64,000 nucleotides of DNA, taken from positions 728,427 to 792,426 of the forward strand of contig NMRA01000063.1 of NCBI GenBank assembly GCA_002633005.1, read 5' to 3'. The notes beneath the pieces are model-generated. The model saw nothing but the letters and a program-made list of their open reading frames with translations. It did no database searches and was not told the origin of the DNA. The first letter of the stretch is position 1. The number at the start of each line of letters is the position of its first letter. Positions 23,451-35,710 of this stretch are shown one piece after another. Position numbers and translations under genes: made by a program. Origin of the DNA: Phoronis australis (taxonomy: Eukaryota > Animalia > Phoronida).

Positions 23451-23963
23451 GCCCAACTCTACGCCACGCACGTGGAGCAAAGAACGTAACTTGTTGTCTT
23501 GAGACACGAGACGACAGCCAAAAGACAACACTACTTACGCGAATAAATCTTTATTTCACCATAGGCCTACATTATAGACAACAGATTCACAACTCCGACA
23601 TTTTCTTGAGTCCTATCCTAAAAGAGTAGCCACTCTCCAAAATTACCAATTTCAGTTTCTGATAAATGTATTGTGACGGGAAATTCTAGCATCTATTTTA
23701 TTGTACAGTGCAACGAAAAAAAAAAATAATTTCGGCATTGAAACGCTGTTCAAAGTCTTCCAATACTAGAACTGTTGATATCGTGAGTACTTATCAGGGG
23801 CGGATCCAGGGGCCAGGGCAAAGTATTAGCCAGGATTTTGCCCGTCAGACATTCACATTCCCGAACTGCCAAATGGAATCTGGGAGAATTTCAGGTACGG
23901 CCATGGGCCCCTTGGCCCCCTCTAAATCCTAAACTGCTTATGGCACTAAACCACACAACATCC

Positions 23964-24230
23964 TGTTGAAATATATCACTTTTGGTTGCACAAATGAAAC
24001 CACAACAGATCGTGAGAATGACCTCTATTGTCAAAAAGAGACTAATTACAACGAAACAACTAATCGCAATAATGCGGTCGATGTAACGTAAAATAATAAT
24101 AAATGATTTTCAGCACTCTTCCTCAGTTCTTAGTGTTTAAGTTCAAACATAACCAATAAAAGAGTTTCCCAAAGTCCTCAAAGCAGGTATGATAAAGTAT
24201 CCACAAGACGTTTACTTATAAGTACCAACA
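23964..24230 (-). mobile_element. Copia-type 3' LTR (TGTTG...CAACA, ~267 bp)
   Basis: Minus strand starts TGTTGG at 24230 directly after the polypurine tract GAGGAGGAG (24231-24239) and ends TTTCAACA at 23964. Confidence 0.7.
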
Positions 24231-24276
24231 CTCCTCCTCACTTATGTTAACCGTTGAACAACTAACAAACTAATGT

Positions 24277-26980
24277 TTAACTAACTCCTGCCATGGCCCT
24301 GAGTTTTTCGAATGTTTCTCTTGGCAATGGCTTGGTCAACATGCCTGCTGTCATTAGTGCACTACAACAATACTTTAAGTCAATAGAACCAGTGCTGACC
24401 AAATCACGGATAAAGTGATGTTTGATTTCAATATGTTTGGCACGACCATGAAATTTTGGATTGTGACATATGGATATGGCTGCCTGGTTATCCTCAAAAA
24501 AAGTCATCGGTTTTTGAATTCCATTCAACTCGAGCACAAATTTGGAAAGCCACAATGGCTTCCTGCGCAGCCATCCCCAAGCCAACATGCTCCGCTTCAG
24601 CTGATGACAGAGCAACACATGATGACGTTTACTTCTCAAGCTGACAATTGATCCAGCCACATAAAATGTATATCCAGATGTCGATCTACGTACGACATCT
24701 TCTCCCCAGTCGGAGTCGGAATATCCAACAGAGTCCGAGAACTCGCTACTTTATCGCAATCCGAAATTAACCGTTCCATTCAAGTATCGCATTATCCGCT
24801 TAACAACAGACCAGTGCTGTTCGGTCGGTTTCTAGCAGAACTGAGAAACACTTCTCACTGCAAATGCTATACCTGGCCTTGTCCACTGACTCAGATATAG
24901 CAAACTTCCAACAGCAGATCGACTGATATAATTCCTGATCAAAAGTAGCAACATCATTTGGTTCAGGTTTTAAACCCATTTCCATAGGGGTACTGACTGG
25001 CTTACACTCGCTCACACCAAATTCCAGGACTTTGGTCGTGTAACCTGGTTGTGACTAACTAAGCAATCACAACCCCCAAGAAGTATTTCAATTCACCCAT
25101 GTCAGTTACTTTGAATTTTGCCTTTATTGCTCGCTTAATCTCTGACAGTTCTTCATCATCAGTTGCAGCAATAATTATGTCATCGACATAAACTGCTATC
25201 ATAGCAGTACCACCATCCAACACAAAAATGCATGGATCGTTATCTGAACGTTTAAAACCAATGTTGTGCAAATGCTCATCCAAAACAATGTTCCAACAAC
25301 GAGGTGACTGTTTCAACCCATAAATACTCTCGTTGAGCTTACAGACAAGGTTTATCTTGCCTTTCTCAACAAATCCCTCGGGTTGTCTCATATACACCTC
25401 CTCATGTAACACACCATTTAGAAATGCAGTGTTCACATCCATCTGATGAAGCATCATATTTTGTTTTAATGCAAGAGCAATCAGTGCTCGCACAGACTTC
25501 GGTCTCTACCGAATCATCAGGAGTTTCATTCTCTTCCGACTGCTTGTCATCCGCTTGTTCCACATCGATGCATTTCTCACTACCAATCTCGGACCGGACA
25601 GTACCTTTGGCCTTTTATACTCCTTCTCAAGTCCGAATATGTACTCGTCAAACACAACATCACGAGTAAGAATGACTCGATCACGACTTATATCATACAC
25701 ACGATATGCCTTACTATCAGGTGCATAACCCAGAAAGATGGTCTTTCTAGATTTTGAATCAAACTTAAGAACGTTCGTCCTTAGGGACATGTGCATATGC
25801 TCTGCAGCCAAAACACGTAGAGTATCAACACTCGGTTTCTCGCCCATCAAGGCCTCAAATGGAGTTTGACCATTTAGCGCCCTCGTAGGACTTCGGTTTC
25901 GCAAATTGGTAGCAGTGGAGATTACCTCTGCCCAAAATTTCTGGGGCAAAAGCGATTCAGCAAGCATTGAGCGTGCAGTTTCGACAAGGGTGCGATTCAT
26001 TCTTTCGGCAACTCCGTTTTGGTCTGGTGTCTTCGGAACAGTTACTTGGTGTCTGATTCCTTCTCGTCTGAGGTACTGTTCAAACTGCTTTGAAATGTAC
26101 TCTCCTCCATTGTCAGCTCTGAGACTTTTGAGTTTCTGACCAGTAAGATTCTCAGCCATATAGCCTTCCATTCTAAAAAGGTATTGAATACCTGATCCTT
26201 ACGCTTGATGATGTACACCCAAGCATACCGGGAATAATCATCGACAAATGTCAGAAAGTATTCACAGCCACTGAGGGAAGCTGTGCTCATTTTACCGCAA
26301 ACATCAGTGTTCACAAGTCGCAGAGGGAAATTGCTACGATGGGCCTTACCTTCTGGAAAGCTGGCTCTGTGCAGCTTACCTTGAACACAAGGCTCACAAA
26401 CTCCCAGTTCACAATCCGACTTACAGTCAAGCCCAATTGTAATCTTACTGCGTATCAATTGTTTAAACTTTGGCCACCTAAATGTCCAAAACGAAGATGC
26501 CACAACTCAAACTGTGAGTTAGTCTCTGCTACTGACACAGACTCAGTCATGGGCCTTACATTTAAGTAATACAGGCCATTGACTTTACGGCCTTTTGCAA
26601 CTTCTTTACCAACATCATTCACAATGTTACACTCAGTATCAGTAAATTCTATGGTGCCTAGCTTGTGAAAAGCTTAACAAACTGAATGACAGGCCTGGTA
26701 CAAACAGAACATTTTCTTACACACATTTTGTGCTATTCCCGTTCAGGGAATCAAGTTCAAGTTCAACCGCTCCTTGGCCGGTTCCTTTTAAAACACGTCC
26801 ATCCCCAAGCGTACGTCTCTACTGTCCTGCAGCTCCGTAAACTCGGTATATTTTGCTTTGTCATTGCACATGTATGTTGATGTTCCCGAGTCCATGATCC
26901 ATTCACGAGTAGACCTAGCACCAGTAAGCATTGCATTTATCAGCAAGCCAATAGACACCTCACTCTCACTGTCCTTAGTC
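24277..26980 (-). pseudogene. Degenerate Ty1/Copia pol (PR-IN-RT-RNaseH), multiple frameshifts
   Basis: Copia domain order: WIMDSG protease, LWHLRFGH/CEPC, DVCG, DNGGEY, NGVAERMNRTL integrase, QMDVNTAFLNG, YGLKQSPRCW, YVDD RT, EDNQ..KHIEIKHHFIR RNase H. Confidence 0.95.
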
Positions 26981-27510
26981 GCTTCAAAACTCGAGAAATT
27001 CAATGTAAGAAGGGACAAAGCACTTGCTACCATAGTTCTCTCAGTGGACACTAGTTTGTTGTACATACCAGGAGACCCCGTGGATCCCTGTGACGTGTGG
27101 CAGAAATTTCAGAACCAGTTTCAAAAGAAAACTTGGGCAAATAAGCTGCATTTACGTAAGAAACTATATTCAATGAAGTTAAATGCATGTGATGACGTCA
27201 GTGCTCATATCAAATCCATGACTGACCTTTTTAACGAACTTGCAGTAATTGGTGATCCAGTAAACGATGAAGATCGTGTTGTGCATCTTCTTGCAAGTCT
27301 TCCCAATATGTATGATGTGTTGGTTACAGCAATGGAGGCTTGCGAGGAGGTGCCTGGGATGGAACTAGTGACTGAGCGTTTATTACACGAGGAGCGGAAA
27401 CTTAGCGAACAGTCAGCCGGGGAAGCGCTTGTCGCTCGCGAAAAGACTAGGTCAAACAAGGGTCCTAAGTGTTATGGATGTAAATGGTGTGGTCACATAA
27501 AACGTTTTGA
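26981..27510 (+). pseudogene. Copia gag fragment (UBN2/Retrotran_gag_2-like plus zinc knuckle), inverted relative to its pol
   Basis: RRDKALATIVLSV..WQK..KKTWANKLHLRKKLY..LLASLP..YD..RLLHEE..CYGCKWCGH on the + strand, while the adjacent Copia protease is on the - strand; breakpoints approximate. Confidence 0.88.
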
Positions 27511-30224
27511 TTAGCTCAATAACTTTCATCAGAGTCGGGTCAGCTCATGTGGTCAGTTCGATGTCCTCAATCGAAATAGCTTTGGGTTTTGTGTGTTGCA
27601 AAATACAGTTGACATATTCTTCCGTAATCTTGCTTTCGCGCGAAGCCTGTTTGTTACCAGCAATTGGGTGTCGTGACATAAAATCGGGCCGGGTTGGAGA
27701 CACCCGGTTTATATTTAATTGTGAACTTTTATGGTTGTAGCCGTAATCCCCAACGTTCGATTCTGAGCGGTGGTCATTCCTTTTTCCAACTCGTTTCCAG
27801 AGGTTTATGATCCGTAATAACCTCAAAGTGATGAGCGCCTCGCAAATACATATCAAAATGTTCGCATGCCCATACAATCGCTAGTGCCTCCCGTTCCGTT
27901 TGACTATAACGGGTTTCTGTTTCGGTGAGCGATCTGCTCGCATAAGTGACAACTTTGTTGTTTTGGCATAATATAGCGGAAATTCCCACTGGACTTCCAT
28001 CAACAATTACTTCAATATTCTCATTCGGCTTAGAATATGCCATGACTGGGCGGTCAATCAGTTTCTGTTTCAGTGTCTTAAACGCGGTTTCATGTTCATT
28101 CGCCCATTGCTAAACAGCATCCTTCTTGGTTAGCCTACGCAGTGGTTCACTGATCGTAGCATAGTTATCATGAAATCTCGCGCAATATGTTGTCATGCCG
28201 AGAAAACTGCGCACACTACTTACATTTGATGGTGCTTTGGTGTCAACAATGGCTTTGACCTTTTTTGGATCTGGTGAGATTCCACCTCTACTGAAGACAA
28301 GTACGAAAAAATCGATAGACGACTTGTTATACTCACATTTCTTGGCATTCAGTGTCAGCCCATTGTCTTGCAATGCTTGGAACACATCGTAGTCTTCCTG
28401 CGTCTTCCCAAACACAATTATGTCATCGGCTATATTTTTCACACCGGGAATTCCTTTAATCACATTTTTGATCGTTTCTTGAAATATTTCAGATACGGAA
28501 CAAACACGAAATTTAGACGCCGATAACGGAAAAGACAAGCATGCGTACTAAACGTTGTGATATAGCGAGAACTTTCATCCAACTCGAGTTGGTGATAACC
28601 GGAACGTAGGTCCAATTTACTAAAAATTGAGGACCCATTCAAATCCGAAATTAACTCATCAACAGTGGGCATGTGGTGGCGTTCGCGTTCAATTGCCGTA
28701 TTCGGCCCACGCATATCGACGCATAATCTGATGTCATCCGAGTCCTTCTTAGGAGGGGTCACAATAGGTGAAATCCAAGGCGTCGGAGTGCCAACCTCTA
28801 CCTTTTCAATGATGCCTTCTTTCAACAACTTGTTGAGCTCTTTTTCGACATTCTCCCTCAAGTGAAACGGTGTACACCGATGTCGAATCGCGATCGGCTT
28901 GACGTAAGGGTTAATGTGGAGTTTCACGTTTGAGTTTTTCAACTTTCCTACCACACTGAATAGTTCTGGAAATCGGTCCTCAACACTTTTTATATTTCTC
29001 GCGACTTGGACAAGATTCAGCTTAACGCAGGTCGGGTAACCCAGCAACGAACCGTGATTGCGCTTGACTACCAGAAACTCGCAACAGGCATAAATCTGTT
29101 TTGTTTCTATGGTGACCTGACACCGTCCGATGACCGGCAATGGGTTGTTATTGCCATATGGTAACAGTTTCTCCAGACGACGTTTGCTTAATTTGGGTGA
29201 GCCAATTTTAGCATACGTCACCTCGTCAAGGATGTTTATTGACGCACCAGTGTCAATTGTTCTGTCGCATGGTCTATCATTTAACTTCACGGAAACATGT
29301 GGAATCCGAGTCGATTTCTGCTGACTCACACCATAACAATATTCTTCATCGCTCGACTCAGGTTGTTGACAGTTATCTGAGTGTGATTTAACGCCCTTTT
29401 TGTCGTTTTTAATCTCCCTTACTTTATGAGTTGTTACCGGTCTCGTTTGCCTCACACGGCAGAATTTTGCAAAATGTCCAACATTTTGACACTTATGGCA
29501 AATTTTATCTTTGGCAGGACATGGTCCTGAGTGTGGATAACTTCTTCCACAGCTGAAACATGACTTGTTTGCCAAGTTTGGTTTAACATACCCTCGCTGT
29601 CTCGGCGTTTGTACGTGGACGACTACTTTTATCTCTCATCCTTTCACACAATGAGTGTCTCTCTCAATAGCTGCCGCTTGACTATCCGCAATTTCAACAG
29701 CGACCAAGTGCCAATATCTCTGCTAGAGGTTTGTCTGCCTCTCTCAGCGCTCTGCGGTGTAATTGATTGGATGAACAGTTCTGGATCACCTGAGACAGGA
29801 TCTCTTGATTCGCGTTTACAAAATTATAGTTGGCAGCCAACTGTCTCAATTCAGTGACAAACTCATCTAACGACTGTCCGGGTTGTTGTCTATACGTCCG
29901 AAACTGATAGATGTCCATCTGAACATTTTTCTTAGGCTCAAAATAAGACAAAATACCTGTTCAGTGCCCTCATAGTCCTGCGTTGAGTCCCCCTTGTTGG
30001 CCTCATATATGTCGTACGTTTTGTCGCCAACGTAATGCAACAGCAGAGCCCGCTTCCTGGCCCCGTTGTCCTCCGTGTCGGCGAGTACCATGCCGACGAA
30101 CAAGTTTTCTAACTTTCCGATCCACTGTCGGAACTTCGGGCCAGCGCTAGTGCTGTCCTCACAGTCAAATTGTGGAAAAACCGGCAAACCTCCTGCCTGC
30201 ATTGTCCACGCTCAATGAGTTCAA

Positions 30225-30237
30225 ATCCTCGTCGCCA
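30225..30237 (-). promoter_or_regulatory. Primer-binding site TGGCGACGAGGAT (complementary to the tRNA-Ser(GCU) 3' end)
   Basis: Lies 1 nt inside the LTR end; tRNA assignment recalled from the typical tRNA-Ser(GCU) acceptor end. Confidence 0.8.
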
Positions 30238-30238
30238 G

Positions 30239-30483
30239 TGTAATATTCTGATATTACGAAGTCAGAATATAAGACTTGCTGTGTCAAATACTTTATTGGA
30301 ACTAACTAAATTTCCTACAAGGTGGCTTATGTAGAACAGTGACTAAGTAGCATGCAATTCTAACAATCGAAGTGGTAATGTCATATATAGAACTTCCTTT
30401 ACTCAGAATTAATTAAACTATAGTCTTGCACTAACTGGTATGCGTGAGTAATATATCTGTTATATGTTTATCAAAACATTACA
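30239..30483 (-). mobile_element. Gypsy 5' LTR (TGTAAT...ATTACA, ~245 bp)
   Basis: 6-bp inverted termini, AATAAA on the minus strand at 30292-30297, followed after 1 nt by the PBS. Confidence 0.8.
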
Positions 30484-31681
30484 TATCCCTCCACAAGTTT
30501 TAATACTGTGGAATTTTACCAGAATCTGTCAGTCGTTTTTACAAATAATTGACAGACAAGGAAAATACTGTGGATGCATAAAATGCTGCAGTAGTGTCCA
30601 AAATATCTCGACTATAATCACATAAGTGATTTGCATATACGCGTACATCAGACAAAATAACCGGTGCTAGTCAATTACCTGTAAACAAGAGCAATACAAT
30701 GCACCCACTACAGCAACTTGAGCAACATGTTGGTAGGGGTGTTCATTACTATCATACAATATAATTAGATTAATGACGGACGACAGCCAACATGCTGACT
30801 GTATGGGACCACAAAAATAATTTAAATAAGTAATAATGAATAAATAAATAACAATGAATAAATAACAATAAATCAGTAACAAAGTACGGATAAAAATAAA
30901 TATATTATAATAATAACAAAAAACAGTAAGTATAATTATCTTTTAGATCTGAATGTATGAAGACTTAAGTGAATTGCAGGAAGAAATGAAAGAAAGTAGT
31001 TAGAAGCATCAATGCGCTTAGAATGAACTAATCAGTAGTTCCCAAAATCATGCAAACCATTAACGATTTTCTATATAAGCGATCGAATGCAGTAACAGTA
31101 AAGACATTACGTTCGAATCACCCTATCCATGTCTCTGGTTAGTTGGCTGGCAACAGTTTCACGCAAAAAAAAACTTTTCATGTATATCATCTATCTTTAT
31201 TAGTGGAGATGTGAAAAAAGCACCAGTCACGAATTTCTGCTGTTGCTTGCAGCCGTAAGCAGCGGAATAATGCACTGTTCCTTTTTTACCGACAGGCGCC
31301 GTCATATCTTGCCTTGTCTTGTAAATCCCTGTGGTTGTTTGATAACGAACATCGACATTTCTAATTAATTCACATGGCGTCCTCATTAAATACTTCAGGC
31401 AATCACTTGAAAACGTACATATTGATATTTTGCAGAAATTAACTTGATTTGCATAAACGAACAGGTAAATAGGTACTGAGCTGAAACTGAAATCGAGCAA
31501 CAGGTTCGTACCGACACGAGAAGCCGTAACGGTTTGAAGTTGAATTGGAGCATGGAAGCCACACATTTACCACAGGTGGATGTTATATGCTAGGATTCGC
31601 GCCTTGCGTATGAGACATTTTTTTGTTTTTGTTGCCAAATACTGCAATTTCCATGCATCCTGGCGAGTTTAAGCCACTTAA

Positions 31682-33468
31682 AGGAGAATACCACCCGATT
31701 TAATTAGTCTTTTTTACCGTCTTAATCGGTCTATATCCACATCGCCTCTTATACGGTCGACCTCACCTTGCCGAGAGGTGTCGCATTAACCTGTGAGGAA
31801 GGTGAGAAACAACGCAGCCACGTCAGTGGTTCGTCTGCAGAGTGACTGCCGTGCTGTATTGCGGTGAATCGTTCCCGCTTGCCCAAAATATGAAGCTGCG
31901 AAGAAAGATGGCATGTCATTTTTTCGACTTCCTCGAGAGCCCGAAATGCTTAGGAAGTGGCTTGCGGTAGTGAAGAATGAAAGGTACGCTGTTAATAGCA
32001 AGTTATGAGACCGTGAAACATCTCCGTGTCTGTGGCCGGTATTTCGTCGACAGCGATTTCTCTGACAAATTCCGGCTAACTAAAGAACTATCCATACGCT
32101 CTGTTGCCTGTGCATGTTCACGGCGCCTCTCTAGTATTTCTTGATCAGTGTATTCTGGTTCGAACTGATAGCCTGTGAAACCTAACGATCTGACCCATGA
32201 AATCTTCGTCGGATGAGCTCTTGACTAAGTCGGGATTGGCGCCGGGCGAGGTGCCATGTAGACGTTCTTTATTCTGCGTTCTGTTTCAAAATGAATTATT
32301 TTCATCATTTCATCATAACCAATGCTTATATAAAAATGAAACAATTAAAGTCTACGTGTCATTAGATGTAATGCCTTTGGAGCATTTGTGAGTGCAAATG
32401 TTGAGAAGCCAGCAGTGAATAAACTACTGCGTTGCCGGCTTTTGATGCCGGCAATAAAGGAAAATTGACCGGGCACTGAGGCCGTGTGAGCGCATGATAA
32501 TTCAGTGTTTACTGACAGAAAGCTGTTGTGAAACAATAACTCGATTTTATATGCTATGGTCACATGTTAGGGAAACCTTTATTAGAAATACAAATACATT
32601 ATTCAAATCATTGCTACTGTGCAGTCTTTGCCTTGACGGTCTGTGGATGGGGAACCCGACTTCGCGGCCCCCGACAAGTAAGTAGTAAGCAGTTTCGTGG
32701 CTAATTCACATAAATAATTACGAGTACATCATTTCTTTGTCTCACTATTATAGTCTTTTCGTGACTGGAGGTTTAGTTTCTAACTCAAGCTGGTTTATGT
32801 TCCTNNNNNNNNNNNNNNNNNNNNNNNNNNNNNNNNNNNNNNNNNNNNNNNNNNNNNNNNNNNNNNNNNNNNNNNNNNNNNNNNNNNNNNNNNNNNNNNN
32901 NNNNNNNNNNNNNNNNNNNNNNNNNNNNNNNNNNNNNNNNNNNNNNGACGGGCCTGATCGGGTTCCGAGCCACTGGCCTGGATAACAAGCGTTTCAATAG
33001 AACTCATCAAAAAATCACAAGTCTAAACAACACAGATCTAGGTTTTCTTGTCTGTATTTCATGGAAGAATAATTCGAATTTATCTCCGAACAGACCTCAA
33101 CCTCCTGCTACGGACCTTGGTAAATTGGGCTGCCGAACTTTGTAGGCTACGGTGTGTCCAAATACCAATAAATCCGTAACAGTGAAATAAAACAACACCG
33201 TTTTTATAAGAACTCGGTGTATTTTTAAGGGTTTTACGTTGAAGTTTGATGATTTATTGGTGTTAAACGATGAATTCAAGCGATAAGCTGACACCAGTAT
33301 CCCGTGTTGTGAACTGCTGAACAGACTGCGTGTGAAACCAATGACATCAATGGATAATTTCAACACCTCCGTCTGCCGTCAGGTAACGCAACCGCACGTG
33401 CCGTTATCGAGTAGAACTACTCGATCTAAATTGATACAAAATAGGTTGTTTTTGGGTGGCATTCTCTT
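31682..33468 (+). mobile_element. Kolobok-like element with decayed THAP domain, spans an N gap
   Basis: TTAA|AGGAGAATACCACCC ... GGGTGGCATTCTCTT|CTAA termini; DGMSFFRLPREPEMLRKWL..(frameshift)..LRVCGRYFVDSDF at ~31900-32060. Confidence 0.7.
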
Positions 33469-33899
33469 CTAACGTGTCTCTGGAGATTTTCATGATGATT
33501 TAAAAGTCTTCTCGACTTCGTCACATGAACTAGTCTCAATTTTGTGCACATCTAGGTATGAGTCGCGCCACCAGCAAAATTTAAGTTGGAACATCTGTCT
33601 ACACACACAGATTTTTAGCATACGAAAAGTCGTATACGAAAAAGTGTAGTGAGCATACAGGGTTTTAGACAACTGCCAAATATTTTTAAAAGAGCATAAG
33701 GAGCATCGACGGCCGCGTAAAAACCCAACGCTTGAATATCAGCTCATAGTATGTAACCAAAAACGACAAAAAGCACTTAATTATCAATTTATTAAGCTGA
33801 ATCACGTTGACTGATGGGCTAATGTATGTCGCAACAATTGAAAAACGGGCAAATGCATCAGGAAACAAATCACATGAAAACATTTTCACGGAACCAAAC

Positions 33900-35710
33900 A
33901 CACTCTACACCGTGGTGAAAAGATATCATAAAACCAGTTCGCTGAGGGACCAGATATACGCTGAGAGTCATTATCTACACAAATAATCTGGCCTGGTCCA
34001 CCATGTGACCAAAAGTACACATGTGCTTATTATCCCTATAAAAATAGTCTATCTGTAGCGTGACCAAACAGTTCCGGTTGAGGTAAAGTACACTGTGGTA
34101 AAAAGAAGACTAGATCGTCGAGGGACCAGAAATACACTGAGAGTCAATATCTACACAAATAATCTGTTCTGGTCCGTCGAGAGACTAGAAGTTCGCTATG
34201 CTAAATATCTCTAAAAATACTACCGGGGTTTTCCGTAGATAAACCCACCCGATGAAACGCCCATGTGCGCTTATTTGGAAAATTATTATTTGGTGTTGCA
34301 ATTTGTCATGTCAAGTGTCCAAATTTAGTTTTGTGGAGCATTTATCATTTATAAAAACGAACAGAGTTGCCTAACTGCATTGATTAACATAAAAATATTT
34401 AAAACAGTTTTAAGTAGAAAATCAGTCATTAAACCTCTTAATCAACGTGTATTCAGTCCATGTCAATGTTTTCATCCACCTTCTCTGAATTTCTTTCCAC
34501 CTCCGAGTCGCTGAAGGGATCCCGCGACTTGCCGGATATCCGCATTGTACCACATGTGTTCGCGAATCCGGGCGTTGAGGAATTCGGTAGAGACCATTTG
34601 CCCATCAGCAGCTATGCCGCAACATCCAAACGCTCTGATAATAATGACGTCCTGCGATATTTGCCGCACGGCTGAAGATACAAATTCTAGGAGTTTTTCG
34701 TAGGATGGGCGGCGGCGATACCCTTTCGGGGGTATATTCTTTCTGGCCGTTTTCAAGCCAATACCGATACGGCTCTCGCAACCTAGCTTTGAACGGAGGG
34801 TTAACAGAAACATCAAATGGCCGATGGAAATAAGTAATTCTGGACGGAATTATCTTCACGCCAATATTCAATTGTCGAAACTCTGCGGATACAGTTTATA
34901 CACAGTGGCTCCGGTGTGCGTTCATTAGCTAAGTGGATTTGTCAGTGTTGAAATAAGGACCTAGCCTCATCATACTGTCTGTATGTATTGCATAAAGCGA
35001 CTCGGCGTTCATCGATCCCCTACCTGGACTTCAATGTTGTTGGGTACACACTTGATCGGTACAGCATAAAAGTAGTCAAAGACGGACTTACGGTTGGGCA
35101 CCTACCCGAATTTGTTATTTTTTCTGTTCACAATACGAGGTGGGAGTATTCAAGCCGTAGTTCATAGATTTTCTGCTGACAGAGCTTGGGTGCGATCATC
35201 TTTGCCACAAGGAGGTCTGGAAGTGTCATGCACATTAATTTTCAATTTGCAAAACTTAATAAGCTGCTACACAATTAACGTTGTTAACAGGTATCAACGT
35301 ATTCACAGCATTTCGTTAAAGGACTACCAATCCACCCAGACTGGGCTGTTTTAGTTACAAAAATCATATCGCACTTCATGCTGGTATTTACGTAGCCCCC
35401 CTTTTCCGAATAAACGCCCGGGCGTTTATTGGGTATTTACGTAGCCCCCCTTTTCCGAATAAACGCCCGGGCGTTTATTGGTGTAACTAAAATGCCGGAA
35501 AATTTTCGTTTTCCGAATACGCGCCCAGGGGCCTATCTACGGAATACCCCGATAAAACTGCCGCGAGACCAATAAGTACTAACTGCTCAATAGACAGTTT
35601 TACAAGGCACACTGTGGTAAAAATATTACAAGATCAGTTGGCCGAGAGAGTCAATAGCTACACAAATAAACTGGCCTAGTCCGTCGCGAGACCTAAAGTA
35701 CACTATGCAA
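33900..35710. repeat. ~180-bp degenerate tandem units interrupted by the pogo-like insertion
   Basis: cactgtggtaaaa..gagagtcaatatctacacaaataa..ggtcc..aaagtacac recurs at ~33905, ~34090 and ~35610. Confidence 0.6.
34223..35552 (-). mobile_element. pogo/Tc2-like Tc1-mariner element, internally deleted: DDE_1 transposase remnant (-, ~34470-34970) and a second HIRAN-like ORF remnant (+, ~35090-35240)
   Basis: TA|CCGGGGTTTTCCGTAGATA ... TATCTACGGAATACCCCGA|TA; RPFDVSVNPPFKARLR..WL..G.KEYT, AFGCCGI; GGSI..RSSLPQGGLEVSCTLIF. Confidence 0.8.

Larger units (their letters stand above)
27505..30483 (-). mobile_element. Ty3/Gypsy (Mag-like) LTR retrotransposon, 5' half: LTR-PBS-gag-PR-RT-RNaseH, truncated before integrase
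   Basis: gag from ATG 30202 (RALLLHY, FRTYRQQPGQSLDEF), double Cys/His knuckle CFSCG..H..CPA..CHKC..GHFAKFC, DTGAS protease, DLRSGYHQL/IADD RT, YSQTEREALAIVWACEHF..DHKPL RNase H; frameshifted. Confidence 0.93.

Noticed and set aside
23451-23531. N-terminal 27 aa of the 1286-aa ORF
   Set aside because: Begins at GTG; the first ATG at 23450 directly starts a signal-peptide-like segment.
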